Both the position numbers and the translations under genes were made by a program. From the human T2T-CHM13v2.0 reference genome, Homo sapiens, in assembly GCF_009914755.1 (NCBI RefSeq), contig NC_060942.1: a stretch of 64,000 bases of DNA; one strand, given 5' to 3'. Of this stretch, positions 30,963-46,445 are shown one piece after another (position 1 is the first letter of the stretch; the number at the start of each line of letters is the position of its first letter). Under the pieces are notes generated by a model. That model saw nothing but the letters and a program-made list of their open reading frames with translations, searched no databases and was not told where the DNA came from.

Positions 30963-31344
30963 TAGGTACGTGTATGAGGGCGTTTTGGATGAGATTAACA
31001 TTTAAGTCAGACTAAGTAAAGCAATTTATGCTTCCTGATGTGGGTGGGCCTCATCTAATCAGTAAAAGGCCTGAATAGACCAAAAAGCTGATCCTTTCCC
31101 AAGAAAGAGAGGACTCTCCCTGCCTGATGGCCTTTGAACTGGAAATCAGCTTTTTCCTGCTTTAAGACATGAACTGAAACATTGACTCTTCCTAGGTCTT
31201 AAGTGCACCAGCCTTTGGACCAGAACTACATCATCGGCTCTCCTGGTTCTCTAACTTGCCTACTCACCCTGAAGATCATGGGACCTGCTAGTCCCCACAG
31301 TTGGGCGAGCCAATTCCTTGTAATAAATCTCTTTATTGGAGATG

Positions 31345-31393
<49 letters not shown>

Positions 31394-32659
31394 GATTTCT
31401 CTGGGGAACCCCTCAGACTTTGTAATAAATGCCCACATTTCTTTGGCCAGTTGTCCCCATCTGTCTAATTCTAGGACATCAGTCCTCCACACTTTCCTTA
31501 GTCTTCCACCATTATTTATGAGCTTCCTAAGGGAGTTATCTCACACATGTGCTTGTGAAGTCTTCTCTAAGCCCTCCACTCATTGCTGACTGCTTTCTGG
31601 CAAATTAAGACCTGACTCTAGGTGTTCCTGCTTTATTCCTGCTACCCAGAAGTCACAAAATCCCTATTCCTGAAGACTTACCATTTACCTCTTGTATTTC
31701 ACAAAGTCACTCAAGAAAACAGCACTTTTCATTTCTTTCTACAGTGTTGGGCTCGAACCTGGTCTTATAGGCTAGGCTCAACGCTGAGCCTCTATGTCCA
31801 TGTTCATTTTGCATTCTCTTCATCTCTGCTTTCCTGAAGGCTCCATTCCTCCAGACAAAAAGATCCTTGGGCCTGCTTGGTGGGCTGCCAGACCCTTAAT
31901 TCCCATTTCAGTTCAATTGTGACCCTGACTCAAATCCCTTACATAGTTGGAACTCAATGTATACATTAGTTCTCTTTCCCTTAGGTTTAGAAGTGAGGTG
32001 AATTGCAACCGTAGAAGAGGCAGTATCAAGACAAGAATATAGCCATTCCTGCTCCTCTTAGGAGTATGTTCAAGAACTAGATCTGGTTATCCAGCCCAAG
32101 GAATATTTTATTTTCTGAATGTTCTGAGCATATTTTTGGATAGAATCCTCTAACTCTATGAATGTAATGTAACTGTTTTATGCCATTCTATTTCCAAAGT
32201 GAATCGTTAGTGATATTTAAAATATAAAGGTAGGCTTGACCATAGGAAAATGTTTTTGTAGGTAAAAAGTGGTCAAATCTTGTCAATCTCATGTGGCTCA
32301 ATCTAACACAGAATCATTTGTAAGTGGGCTATTTAATTCTGTCATTTCTATGAAGAAAATGAACTGGGTGGATTGGAAGCCAAATTTGTATCTAGATGCT
32401 AATTTAGGCCCTTGAGTCTTCCCTTCCCCTACTCCATAGCTCCCCCACTTCCCATTTTCCTCATGCCATAATGCTGCTTTCTGAAAACCATACACAGTCA
32501 TCTAATCTAAGCTCGCTCTACCCACAGGGGTCTGAGTTCTCACAACCCACTTCACCTCTCCTTAATAGGTCAACCTTGGTCTTGGGAGGATAGTGATCTG
32601 ATTGGCTCTTCTGGCTTTCTTGCACTGAGGATGTGAATGACTGATAGCTTTGTTTAATG

Positions 32660-32975
32660 TTTAGTGGTATTATTAGTGTTATTCACAAATAATTTGATTC
32701 TCCTCTTCTCCTAGACATATGGTTGGTCATTTCTCTGTTTTTTTATTTTTATTTTTTGCTTTCCTTTTGAAGCTAGATGTAGTCATGTGCCTTGCTTTAG
32801 TCAATGAAATGCGACTGGAAATGACACATACCACTCCTGGGGGTAAGCTTTAAGTGTGCAATTTGTAATACTTCCTTTCACCACTAGGGGTTGTTGTGAA
32901 AGTGCATGCTAAAATGATGCCTCTGTGGGCCTGGATTACTGAGTGACTAATCTGAGCAGAATCCCATGCCAACTC
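32660..32975 (+). mobile_element. MaLR LTR (MLT1I/J-like)
   Basis: gtcatgtgccttgctttagtcaatgaaatg...gaaatgacacataccactcctggg. Confidence 0.6.
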
Positions 32976-33081
32976 ATCATTCCCGTCTCAGCCAATGAGG
33001 CTCAATAGATGGGAGGGGATAGTCTAATCCACACAGGGATTCAGAAACCCAAGATCCTTCTACTGAGTGATTTCCTTAGGG

Positions 33082-33283
33082 CAGAGTTTGGGAAACTACA
33101 GCTCATGGGCCAAATCTAGCCTGTTTTATTGGAACACAGCCACACTCATTCATTTACATATTACCAAGGGCTGCTTTCCTGCTCCAGCAGCACAGTTGAG
33201 CCGTCATAAAGGAGATGGTATAGCTCCCAAAGCCTAAAATATTTACCATCCAGCCCTTTATAGAAAATGTTTGCTGGATTTTG
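33082..33283. mobile_element. MER58A (hAT-Charlie)
   Basis: aaactacagc..gggccaaatc..ttttattggaacacagccacactcattc..aaagcctaaaatatttac; 8-bp TSD ccttaggg / ccctaggg. Confidence 0.9.
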
Positions 33284-33402
33284 CCCTAGGGCCTTGGAGT
33301 TTCCCCCTGGGTACTCTGAATCCAGCTGGCAGGTGAAGGAAGAGAGAGAGAACAAGGAGGTTTGCATGAAAGGTTTTGGAGCCCAGTCCTGAAAGTGGCA
33401 TT

Positions 33403-33857
33403 TGACAAAGACACTCTCCTTTGACCCAAACTTGAATCAGTCTCCTCTGAGTCCTCTGCTCGACTAGGCGCAACCTCAGGCTTCCCTCTCTGTCCTTGTG
33501 GAATCTAGTTTAAACAAGAATCCTGCCAAGTCAGCTTAACGAAAGTCCCCCACCCTTGGTATCTGACCACCCTCAATATCTTATCATCCTGGCCTGCCTT
33601 CAGCAAGAATTCTGTTGAGTTGCTCTAACAAGAATTTTCCTTACCTCTGATGTTTTCTCTTAGTAACTTTGCATTCTGCTGGCTCCCATCCTGCTCCTTG
33701 GCTGTAAATTCCCACTTGCCCATCCTGTATTCAGAGTGGAGCCCAATCTCTCTCTCCCACTGCAATGGTCTCTACACCTATCTTGATGGTTCCCACCTTG
33801 AATAGAGTCTTCCTTACCATCTTGATCAAGTATCATGATTAATTTTTTTCTTTAACA
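33403..33857 (+). mobile_element. MER31-like ERV1 solo LTR
   Basis: Starts tgacaaagacactctccttgacc, ends tttctttaaca. Confidence 0.85.
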
Positions 33858-35174
33858 AGTATATCACTTTGATCCATGTTCCAGTGGCCAGAACTCAGTC
33901 ACCAGCCACATGTCTTGGCAAGGGAGGCTGAGATATATAGTCTAGCTGTGTATCTAGGAGGAAAAGGCAGAAGGTTTGGTGAACAATCACTGCCACATCT
34001 GCCTACGTGTGTGCTTCAGCAGAAGTGTTCCTTCCAGTCAACCCTGGTTGGGGCAATAACTGTTGAAAATTAGGAACATTTCCTCTGCTGTCCCTCTAAG
34101 CTCCCTTGCTCTGATCAACTGTGGTTCTTCAATGCTCTGCTCACACAGTGATTATCCACACACATCAGTCTGCAGGGAGTAGTAGCGTTGGGTAGGGTCT
34201 AGCTGAATCACAGACTTCACTCTGTTCTGGGGCATGCACCATTGTTAGAGCAAGTTCTGCATCAGAGTGCAAGAAATTCTGGCCTGGAACTGGCAATGTT
34301 TTGATCTCATACTCGGAATGCAGAACATAATGGTATCAATCTCTGAAAATCAAATGAAATCTTGTGGGAGTAGGATAGGCACAATGAATAAAATTATATA
34401 AAACAATTTCATACTTGACATTTACTGAGAGAGGCTTAATTTTTCCTACATATTTTAGTCTGTTCAGCTGGTATTATTTATTCATATCTCTTTCCCCATT
34501 TGGTTCACAACTTATCTTTTGGGAGCCCAGAATTAAACTGTAAAAATGTATATATGCTAGACACTGTTTTATGTTCCATCAATGGAGAAGTCATCAAAAT
34601 CTCTAACAGAATAAGATTCAGCCTATTACAGGGGTGATTTAGCTGAAATAAAATGTAATGCTTAACTCGGAGAAGCTGGAAAAAAATGAGATTTAGGAAT
34701 ATGGAATTGAATAATCAGTTGGTGAAATGACAGTGGTTTCTTTGTCAATCTCCCAGTTGAGAGAATATTAGGACATCAAGATTATGAAAGACCAGACCCA
34801 AATAAGGATACACGATGGCTCAGCAGGACAAGACTGGCTTCTGATTCCAACGACAACAGATAGTTCCCTAACACTGACAGAATTGAAGAAAGAAATCCAG
34901 TGTCCTGTGTCAATTCCTTTGGTTGGACAATCATATGTTATGGTGGGGAAATAATTCATGTACACCAAATTAAAAAAAAACAAAAACAAACCTTAAAGAA
35001 CGTGGCAGTTTTCTGACAAAGACCACTGTGACTAAACATTTACTCAGATATTTCATAAGATGCGGGGAAGTTCATGCACAAATACATGGATGAGAATCCT
35101 ATGAGAGACAATGTTTGGGGAGGGAAGCTTAAAAAGGAAAGTCCATAGAGTGAATGGGAAAAGCAAAGGTGAGA

Positions 35175-35404
35175 GTAATAGGTTCCTAGTGCTTCTATAA
35201 CAAAGTAGCACAAATGGAGTGGCTTAAAACTACAGAAGTTTATTATATTGCAGTTCCAGAGGATAGAGGCCTGAAATGATGATGTCAGCATGGCTGTGTT
35301 CTCTCTAGATGATCTAGGGGAGGAGACCATAGGTGGTTGCTGGCAATCCTTGGCATTTTTTGCTTGCAGACACGTCACTCCAATCTCTCAGCTGTCACAT
35401 GGTC

Positions 35405-35455
<51 letters not shown>

Positions 35456-35639
35456 CGCTTGCGCGCACATGCATCTATTCTCTTCTTAGAAGGACCCTGG
35501 TCATCTTCGATTAGGGTTCATCCAAATCCAGTATGATTACATCCACAAAAACTCTATTTCCGGATAGGGTCACATACACAGGTACTGGAGATTAGGGACT
35601 CAACATATCTTTTTGGAGGACACAGTTCAACCTGCAACA
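35175..35639 (-). mobile_element. MLT1C-like LTR
   Basis: ataacaaagtagcacaaa..gtggcttaaaac..; ends ggacacagttcaacctgcaaca. Confidence 0.8.
35408..35470. repeat. (TG)n(CG)n alternating purine-pyrimidine tract
   Basis: (TG)20 followed by a CG run and gcgcgcacat. Confidence 0.95.
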
Positions 35640-35779
35640 GTCAGTCTCTGAAGTCTTCTATGATGGTGTCGTGAGGTTGGCAGAACAGCCCTCAGGGAGG
35701 GAGGAGCTGCCCAGCACCACTATACAACATGCAAAACAAGGGCAAAGATGGATTGTCAGTAGAAATGATAATGGCAATA

Positions 35780-36835
35780 ACAATGAACTTATCAAATACT
35801 TAGGATGTGCCAGTTTTTCTAAGAACTTTATAAGTGTTATCTTACTTAATTCTCAGGCTGATCCTATGATGCAGGTACTTTAGCCCAATTTTACAGATAA
35901 GGAAGTTGATTGAGGTGATGCAGGATTTTTCTCGACCCCTTCTCGGGACTCAAGGCAGGACTGCCCCCTCTATTTGGCCCCACTGCGCTCAACTCTGTGG
36001 GAGGGAGCATGTGAACAAGCAACTGCGGGATCCAGCCAGCCACCCCAGGGGCCAACACAGGAACAAGCTCCATGCAGGGCCTGCAGCCAGACCAGGAATG
36101 TCGCCTGGAGGGCAATGCGGCAGCACCCAGGTGAGGGTGCCTGTGACCCCAAAGCCCCACAGTGGATGTTAAAGTGCTCCTTTAGTTCCGCTGTCCATGG
36201 ACAGTGGTTTGTTAGCAGCTCGGTTGGCCCCTTGCCTCCTCATGTGGGGCTGCTGCCCTCCCCACCGCAAGCACAAAGGTGTGACAACTTTTCTGATTAC
36301 CTGCACTGGGTGGGTCTCGAGCTCTTGTCCAGTGTCCATGAAGAATGGGGTCACATGGAAGGTTGAAGGGTGGTGAAAGTGGAGAATTTTATTGAGTGAT
36401 GAAAATGGTTCTCAGTGGAGAGGGGAGCTGGAGAGGGAACAGAAAGGGCAGGTCATTTTCCCCAAAGTCAGGTCGTCTCTCCTTTACCAACTGAGTCTGG
36501 GATCTTTATAGGTACAGGATGGGGAGTGCCTGCTGATGGTTTCTGAGGACGCAGAAAAGGTTAAAGTGAAAACGCCACTCAAAGCTGGGCACAACGATGT
36601 AGAAAACCAATTAGGAAAGGGTAGTATATGTAAAACAGGTGAAGGGTGGGGACCAATCAGAGGAAAGCGTGCCAAACAGGAGGACAAGTTCTCAATCCAG
36701 TCTGAGAATTTAACCTGTAGCTTGGCCTTCAGGCTTTAAACTGTCTTCGTCTTCAGCTTGGAGGTGGGGTTTCACTGGGACCCAATGCCTGGGCGTTTGG
36801 CTGCCTCCTGTCGCTATCAGAGGCATAGAGAGCCA
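35780..36835. mobile_element. MIR interrupted by an LTR
   Basis: cccaattttacagataaggaa...gagg | cataga rejoins the MIR core. Confidence 0.7.
35916..36819 (-). mobile_element. ERV1 solo LTR (LTR28/MER52 group)
   Basis: TG...CA termini (minus-strand start tgatagcgacaggaggcagcc); 4-bp TSD gagg at 35912-35915 and 36820-36823. Confidence 0.85.
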
Positions 36836-36852
36836 AAGGTGGAATTGAGAAA

Positions 36853-36896
36853 AATTGAGAAAGATCTCAGGTGAATTGAGAAAGATCTCAGGTGAA
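36853..36896. repeat. 21-bp tandem duplication
   Basis: aattgagaaagatctcaggtg x2. Confidence 0.92.
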
Positions 36897-37594
36897 GCCT
36901 GAGCAGATTCAGCTGCTCGCCTAGAGCAGCTTGGGATACTAGGAAAGCTGCCTTGACGGAAGCTTTCCTCCCTTTTGAAATCACCTACATACTTGTGCTT
37001 CAGGTGTGGGGATGGGCTGCTGCTGTTCCACGCTGCCATCGCCACCGGGACCCAACATCTCTTCCTGAAGTCCGTGATGCAGGATTTTCACTCCACCGCT
37101 TGCGAACAGCCCCACACCCAGCGCCCTCCCGCACACACCGTCTTGGGGCCTCCTCCAGGGCAGTGCACTCCTGCTGCCACGGTACGTCCTGCCGGGGAGA
37201 ATTACAAACTTCTCCAAGAGGCTTCTATTCTTTCTCCACCTTCTTTAAGGGAAGGGGTAAGGAGTGAGCACTCACTTTAGTGTTTAAGGCCCTAAATGAT
37301 CAGTTGTTTCCCAAAATACTCTTTAATTGAGAAGAAGGAAGAGAGCCTCAAGGTGAAAGTGTATTTCCATTGGAAGGGTTTTAATTTTCATCTCTCCTGA
37401 GGTGCCCGGGAAGCAAAGAGGATCACAGTTTTCCATGCAGAAGCCAAGGACAAGGAAACTAGCTTTTTGCTTTACTGTGTGTGTGTGTGCGTGTGCACGC
37501 ATACGGGGCTGGGAAGAGGGAGGGAGCATTCAGTCAATCTCATTTGTCTTTGATGTCACATGACCCCCTGGCCCCCTCCACCCCCCGGTTTGTT

Positions 37595-38950
<1,356 letters not shown>

Positions 38951-39399
38951 TCTTGTGTCTGAGTTTAGCCATGAAATCAGTCTACTTCTGGTCAACGTGA
39001 ATGTTTGAATTCTTTCTCTTCTTAAAGGAGTCCAACCATTGTCCTGCCCTTTCAGGAGTTACGCATAAATCTTCTGGAGGCCTGTTGGTCATGGGGTTTC
39101 TCTGACCTTCCGCTGCCGCCAATTCATTCCCTCTTCTCTAGGAAAGACAGCCTTCCTGGGGCATCAGCACAAAGTCTGTAAAGTCCCCAAGGCTTCCTGC
39201 TGGTGTGGGCTTCAAAGGCTGAAGGATATCCCAGTGGCAGAGTAAAGGAGGAATTAATGCAAACAAAACCTCAAGCCATATGACAGAATCTCAAACTGTT
39301 GGGCAAAAATGGATGCAGAGAAGCTGCTAGAGAAGGTGTTATTAGGAGAGTTTCTCTCCCTGTTTTGAAGTCACAGTCTTGAATTGAAAAGCAAATTCT

Positions 39400-39620
39400 C
39401 TTGTGCAAAATACCTAATATTTCTTAAGGATTGACTATGTCCCAGACTGTGAGCTGTGCATGTGACACAAAGGATCTCATTTAATCCATGCAATGACATT
39501 CCACAGAGGATCTCCTGCATCCCCAGGGAGGCCCAGAGAAACGAAGTTGAAAATGATGGAATTGGGATATGTATCCCAGTAGACTGACTCCTGAAACTGT
39601 TATACTGCTGGACTCGCAGT
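39400..39620. mobile_element. MIR fragment
   Basis: atctcatttaatcc...gaggcccagaga. Confidence 0.55.
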
Positions 39621-39834
39621 CCCACGCAGAGGGCATGATGAGGAAAAGGTGGGCACCAATCTTTCCAGCACTGAGAGGGAGATGAAATGAAATCACTTCT
39701 GGTAGGATCCTATTAGAAGACAGAAAACCATTGTGTGTGCAATGTATCATGAAGCCCTAGAAAGAGGTTTCTCTGAGTCAGTCATTAGTAAATAAGGGAT
39801 CCAGGGTTTGTGAGCAAGAGCATCCAGATTTTAA

Positions 39835-40330
39835 TTGTTATTAACCATTTTTGATACTATAGTAAAAATACATCCCCATCTTGGGAAAATTGAAAACTAT
39901 GAAAAAGTACAGAGGAAAAGAGATGTTCTGTAATCCCACTGCACTGAGATAATTATTAACATTTTAACATGCTTCCTGTGTGTATTTTTGTGTAGTTGAG
40001 ATCATAGCATATAAGATTATCTGCGTTGATTTTTTTCACTAAATTTTATCACATAACCACATCCCCAGGTTGTTAAAAGCTGTTCATAAACATAGTTTTT
40101 AATAGCTGCATAATATTTCATTTCACGCATGTAATATTATTTTATTCCTTTAATATTGGGTATTTATGTTGTTGCTACTTCCTCATTATTAAAACAAAAC
40201 AAAAAGAACTAAAAACTATTGTGGTGAATGTATATGTACTTTCTGTATTTTGGTTTATTTTCTTAAAATTGAGTCTTAGAAATAATCTTCCTGCATTGAA
40301 GTATGGATATTCTATTTTTGTTATTTAAAA
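39835..40330 (-). mobile_element. L1ME-like 3' fragment
   Basis: gaaaattgaaaactatgaaaaagtac...taatcccac...tttttaatagctgcataatatttcatt. Confidence 0.65.
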
Positions 40331-40365
40331 ATAATTTAATAATTTGAATAATTCTAATTACTATT

Positions 40366-41246
40366 ATTTTTATGGGAAAAGTTTTAAATGTTTAGTGAGA
40401 AAGACTTGGAGCAATGCATTAATTACATATGGATAAGAAGACATGGCAGGATCTCCAGAGCTTTTCCTGGGGTGTATGGTGGGGAGCTATGTAAAGATAG
40501 TCCACATAAACCCCACTAAATAGAAGCTGCTCCTAAATATTTCCAAACAGGAGCCCAAAATAGATGAACAGTCTCCAACTCATCTTTAGAGTAGTGGAAC
40601 TGCTTCTTCAGATCAGATCAGTGATGTTCATAGACATTGCTTCTGTCTGAGTGGAATAGTACTGTTCAATGTCTCTCAGGATGCAGATGTTGGTCATTCT
40701 TTACAAAGTTAATGGCCACAGCCTTCCAGCCATATCGACCTGATCTCCAAATTCTGTGTGAGTACAATTCTGTTTTTTGGGCAGGTCATAGTTAATGATG
40801 ACGGACACCTGAGGGACATCTGACCTCCCGGCCCAGACATCTGTAGAAATGAGCCCTGTGCTGGTGCCGGATGGGAACTCCTTACTGACGGACTGTGGCC
40901 CTTTCTGAGGTGTGTCTCTGTGCATCGAGGACACGGTGAGAGCAGCATCTCTCATTTTCTCCATCAGCCAGTCAACTTTCCTTTTGGTGTTACAGAAGAT
41001 GACCACCTGAATAACAGTTAGCATTTCGTAGAGATCACATGGGATGTCGAATTTCCACTCTTCTCTTTCCACTGCCACAAAAGGCTGTTTGATGCCTTCC
41101 AGAGTCAATTCACCAAGATGTGGATTGGGTCCATCATGTACTTGTTGGTCATCTCTAGGATTTCGCGAGGCAGTGTAACACTGATGAGAACTACTTGTGT
41201 GACTGGAGGCAAGTACCTGAACATGTCGCAAATCTGATCTTTGAAA
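40366..41246 (-). pseudogene. EIF4A3: Processed pseudogene of EIF4A3 (3' half of CDS plus 3' UTR)
   Basis: Intronless [35 protein letters not shown]...[47 protein letters not shown]...MNITDLI*; stop at 40608-40610; frameshifts; A-rich 3' flank. Confidence 0.93.
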
Positions 41247-41249
41247 ATT

Positions 41250-41403
41250 AAGTTTACTTGTTTATTATAAAGGATATTGCAAAGGATACAGATGAAGAGA
41301 TGTGTAGGGCAAGGTAGTGGGGAAGGCGCTGGGAGCTTCCAAGCCCTCCTGAGTGGACCACTCTCCAGGAACCTCCATGTGTTAAGCTATCAGGAAGCTC
41401 CCT
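41250..41403. mobile_element. MER21-like LTR fragment
   Basis: tttattataaaggatattgcaaaggatacagatgaagagatg...ccaggaacctccatgtgttaagctatcaggaagctc. Confidence 0.75.
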
Positions 41404-41609
41404 AATTATTTTCAATAAGTAATACAAACATGTATAAAACACAAATTCAAAAGATACATAAGGTTATACAGTGAAACCAAGTCTTCCCACTCTACCTTCC
41501 AGCCACCAAGAGTCCAGCTTCAGTTTCTTGCTTTTCCTTTCAGAGAAATCCTTTGCATTATGAGCACATGCATCTGGCAGATCATTCTGTGTCACAGCGT
41601 AAAGACATG

Positions 41610-41750
41610 CTTTATTATTTATTATTTTTATGTCACCCAGGCTGGATGGAGTGCAGTAACTATTCAAAGACGTGATCATAGCACACTACAGTCCCCAACT
41701 CCTGGGTGCAAGTGATGCTCCTGACTCAGCCTCCTGAGTAGCTGGGACTA
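41610..41750 (-). mobile_element. Alu monomer (FLAM/FAM-like)
   Basis: tgtcacccaggctgga...gatcatagcacactacag...ctcagcctcctgagtagctgggacta. Confidence 0.8.
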
Positions 41751-42630
41751 GCATTTTTCTTTTTAATGGCTGTGTACTGTTTGAGTGTACATCTCCTGCG
41801 GATGGAGACTTAGTTGTTCCTAATTTTTTCCTGCAATAAACAATGCTGTACTGAATCATGCTACGTGAATCTCACTTCCACAGGATAAGATCTTAGGAGT
41901 GGAATTGATGAGTTAAAAGATACAAACATCTAACATTTTGATATATATTACAAAATTTATCTCCATAGAGATTATATCAGTTTATATTTCTATTAGTGAT
42001 ATGAGAAGAGAGAGCCTGTTTTCTTATACTCCCATCTACAAAGTCTATTATCAAATGTATTGAAGTTTGCCAGTTTAGAAGGTTGAAGTGTTATTTCATT
42101 ATAATTTTGATTTCTTTTATTTTGAGTGAAGTCGAGCATTTTTTTGGAAGTCACTAATTATTTCCTTTCCTGAGCAGGCTGTCTTCTTTTGGGTTGTTTG
42201 TTTTTTTCCTTATTAATTTGTAGGACATTCTTTACACAGTGAGGAAATTTTAGCTCTTTGGTTGTGATATCATCTGCAAGTGTGTGTTTTTTGGCCTAGA
42301 TTATCTTTTCAATTGTTTATGTTATTTGTTTGTTTATTTGTGTGTTTTTGCCATTCAGAAATATTTTATATGTATGGTTCCAGCTTTCAAAATTTTTATT
42401 TTCAGGGTTCTGAGTTTTGTCACATACATAGATTGTCTTTTCCCACTTGGAGAGTTTAAATATATTTTTCCATTTTCCCTTGGTATTTTTATGGGTTTAT
42501 ATTTTACACTTAGATTTTTGCTCAATCTAAAATTTGTTTTTGTGTAAAGCGTGAGATAGGGATACAACTGAATATTTTTTCACATAGCTAACCTGTACTA
42601 TTTATTGTATAAACTACCTTTCCCCTGTTA

Positions 42631-42968
<338 letters not shown>

Positions 42969-43256
42969 CCATATATTAAATTTATATTATGTATTTGGGT
43001 CTATTTATCAATTTTTCTGTTATGTTCTACTGGTATTTTTTTCATGAATGGTGGTGTACTTTAAAAATTATTCTAGCTTTATAATATATGTCAACACCCA
43101 GCATTGCTCTTTTTCATTATTACTTTTTCTTGCTTTTCATTTCAGATAAATTCTTTACATTTTTCTGAACAGTCTTGACCACTTTTTTTTTTTCCCATAG
43201 GAACATTAGAATGGCTTTGCCTATGTTTTTTTCTTAATTATATGTGTTTTCACTAG

Positions 43257-43632
<376 letters not shown>

Positions 43633-44001
43633 TGATTTTCCTTGTTTCAGAGAATGGTTGTCTTTCCATTTATTTACTGTCTATTTGCCCCTTAGAAGCA
43701 TTTAAAATTTTACTTCGTGTAGATTTTTCATACTTTTGGCTAAGTTCATTCCTAGATATATTATCCCCGCCCCCCACTTTTTTTTTTTTTTGCTATTTCA
43801 AATCAAGTCTTTTTCTTCCATTTTACAATATAATCAGTAGTTGCCTGAACAGTAAATATATGATGGCTATTAATTTTATGTAACAATTTTGTTTCTGGTC
43901 ACACTTATGCTTGTTCTTAGTTTTAGTAATAGCTTTGTGTTATTAAAACAGTTGACTTGGATTTTCTTGAGAGAGTATTAAATTATTTTAAATGATGCTA
44001 G

Positions 44002-44415
<414 letters not shown>

Positions 44416-44612
44416 TGATAAAATGGGCATCTTTGTTTTGTTTCTCATTTTTTTGAGACTATGTATAATTTTTTCTCAGTAAGCATGATGGGAGATTGAA
44501 ATAGATGTATTTTATCATGCTAAGGAAGTTTACCCATCTTTTCCTATTTTGTTAAGACAAAAAAATTAAAAGTAGATATTGAAATTTAAAAAAAAAAGAA
44601 ATTTTCAAATGC

Positions 44613-44910
44613 TTTTTTTTTTTTTTTTGAGATGAAGTCTCACTCTGTCGCCCAGGCCACAGTATAGTGGCGTGATGTTGGCTCACTGCAACCTCCGCCT
44701 CCTGGGTTCAAGTGATTCTCCTGCCTCAACCACCCGAGTAGCTGGGATTACAGGTGCACACCACTATGTCCAGCTAATTTTTTGTATTTTTAGTAGAGAC
44801 GGGGTTTCAACATGTTGGCCAGGCTGGTCTTGAACTCCTGACCTCATGATCCGCCCACCTTGGCCTCCCAAAGTGCTATGATTACAGGAGTGAGCCACCA
44901 CACCCGGCCT
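44613..44910 (-). mobile_element. Alu (S-type)
   Basis: Antisense Alu; TSD aaatgc(c)tttt. Confidence 0.95.
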
Positions 44911-45725
44911 GAAATGCCTTTTCAACATTTATGGAGACAGTTGTATGGATTTTCGCTCTTGATCCATTAATATCAATGGGTTTCTTAGTATTTTTGGAAT
45001 AATCCCAATGGTATGGGTATTTCAAAGACTTTGATCCTTATTGCTACTGCTGCGTAGTATAGAAAGATTGTACTTGTTTGCTGCCCCATCATAGTTGTAT
45101 CAGAACACCTAGCAAATGTAGCATGGGGAAGGCAATCAGTGCTCTTCTGCAGTAAAAAGTTATTATTAAAGAGATGAGGAAGATAAAAAATTTAAAAAAA
45201 GAAATAAAAAAACCAGAAAGGGATGAGAAGTGGGCAGATCTTCAATCTTAGTCCATTTCTGTGGGAAAACCATCTGGGTAAAAGCACCTTGCATCTTTGC
45301 AGGATTCAGTTATAGCAACAGGAAGGTACAAAACCCACGCACATGGAACCACTGTGCCTTCTAGCTTATGAAACACTCTTTCTGAGTACCTGTGGGAAGA
45401 ATCAGGTATGTTATTCAGGAATGCTGAGAAGCAAAATTCAACTAACATGGACACAAAAAGAAATGAATTGGCTCATGTAATTGGAAATCTAAGAGGGTGG
45501 ATCTGACTTTGGGTAGAGCAGAATCTATGAGTTCAAACACTATGATCAAGACTGTTCTTTATTTTTTGGCTCTTGGCTACCTTTGTTAACTTCATGCTTA
45601 GAAAGCCATTCTTCACATCCAGGCAAAACGGCCACCAGCTGTGCCAGACTTAGGCTTACCTCATTCTTCATTCTTCTTGAACTAAGAAGAGACCTTACAT
45701 CTTTTCCCTCCTACTATCAAAATAA

Positions 45726-45847
45726 TTTTTTTTTTCTTTTGAGACAGAGTAGAGCCAGGCTGGTCTCAAACTCCTGAGCTCAAGCGATCTGCCTGCCTCG
45801 GCCTCTCAAAGTGCTGGGATTACAGGCATGAGCCACTGCACCTGGCC
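45726..45847 (-). mobile_element. Short Alu (monomer or internally deleted)
   Basis: Left arm only; TSD aaaataatt on both sides. Confidence 0.85.
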
Positions 45848-46058
45848 TAAAATAATTCTTAAAAAAAAAAAACCTATGGCTTTGCTATGCCACAGGTCCA
45901 CCTGCTTTTCAATTGCTTTGCTCAGGAAATGGAGACATCCTGATTTTGATTTTTCTGCCTGGGTCATGTGTTTGCCTCTGCAGTGAGAAAGCAAAGTAGA
46001 CAACAAGCAGTGGATGAGGTGATAGAACCAGGAAATTCAAGGAGCTTCCTGGCGTTAG

Positions 46059-46445
<387 letters not shown>

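Larger units (their letters stand above)
33020..33998 (-). mobile_element. MLT1J-like LTR split by MER58A and MER31
   Basis: cctgaaagtggca | atcactttgatccatgttccagtggccagaactcagtcac...gcaagggaggctgag...gtctagctgtg. Confidence 0.65.

Noticed and set aside
34150-34800. Possible CR1/L3 remnants (also about 62400-63080)
   Set aside because: Similarity too faint to call without a Dfam search
40701-41231. 176-aa DEAD-box ORF as a functional helicase
   Set aside because: Out-of-frame ends, N-terminal half with Walker A and DEAD motifs missing, ARGLD motif altered; processed pseudogene
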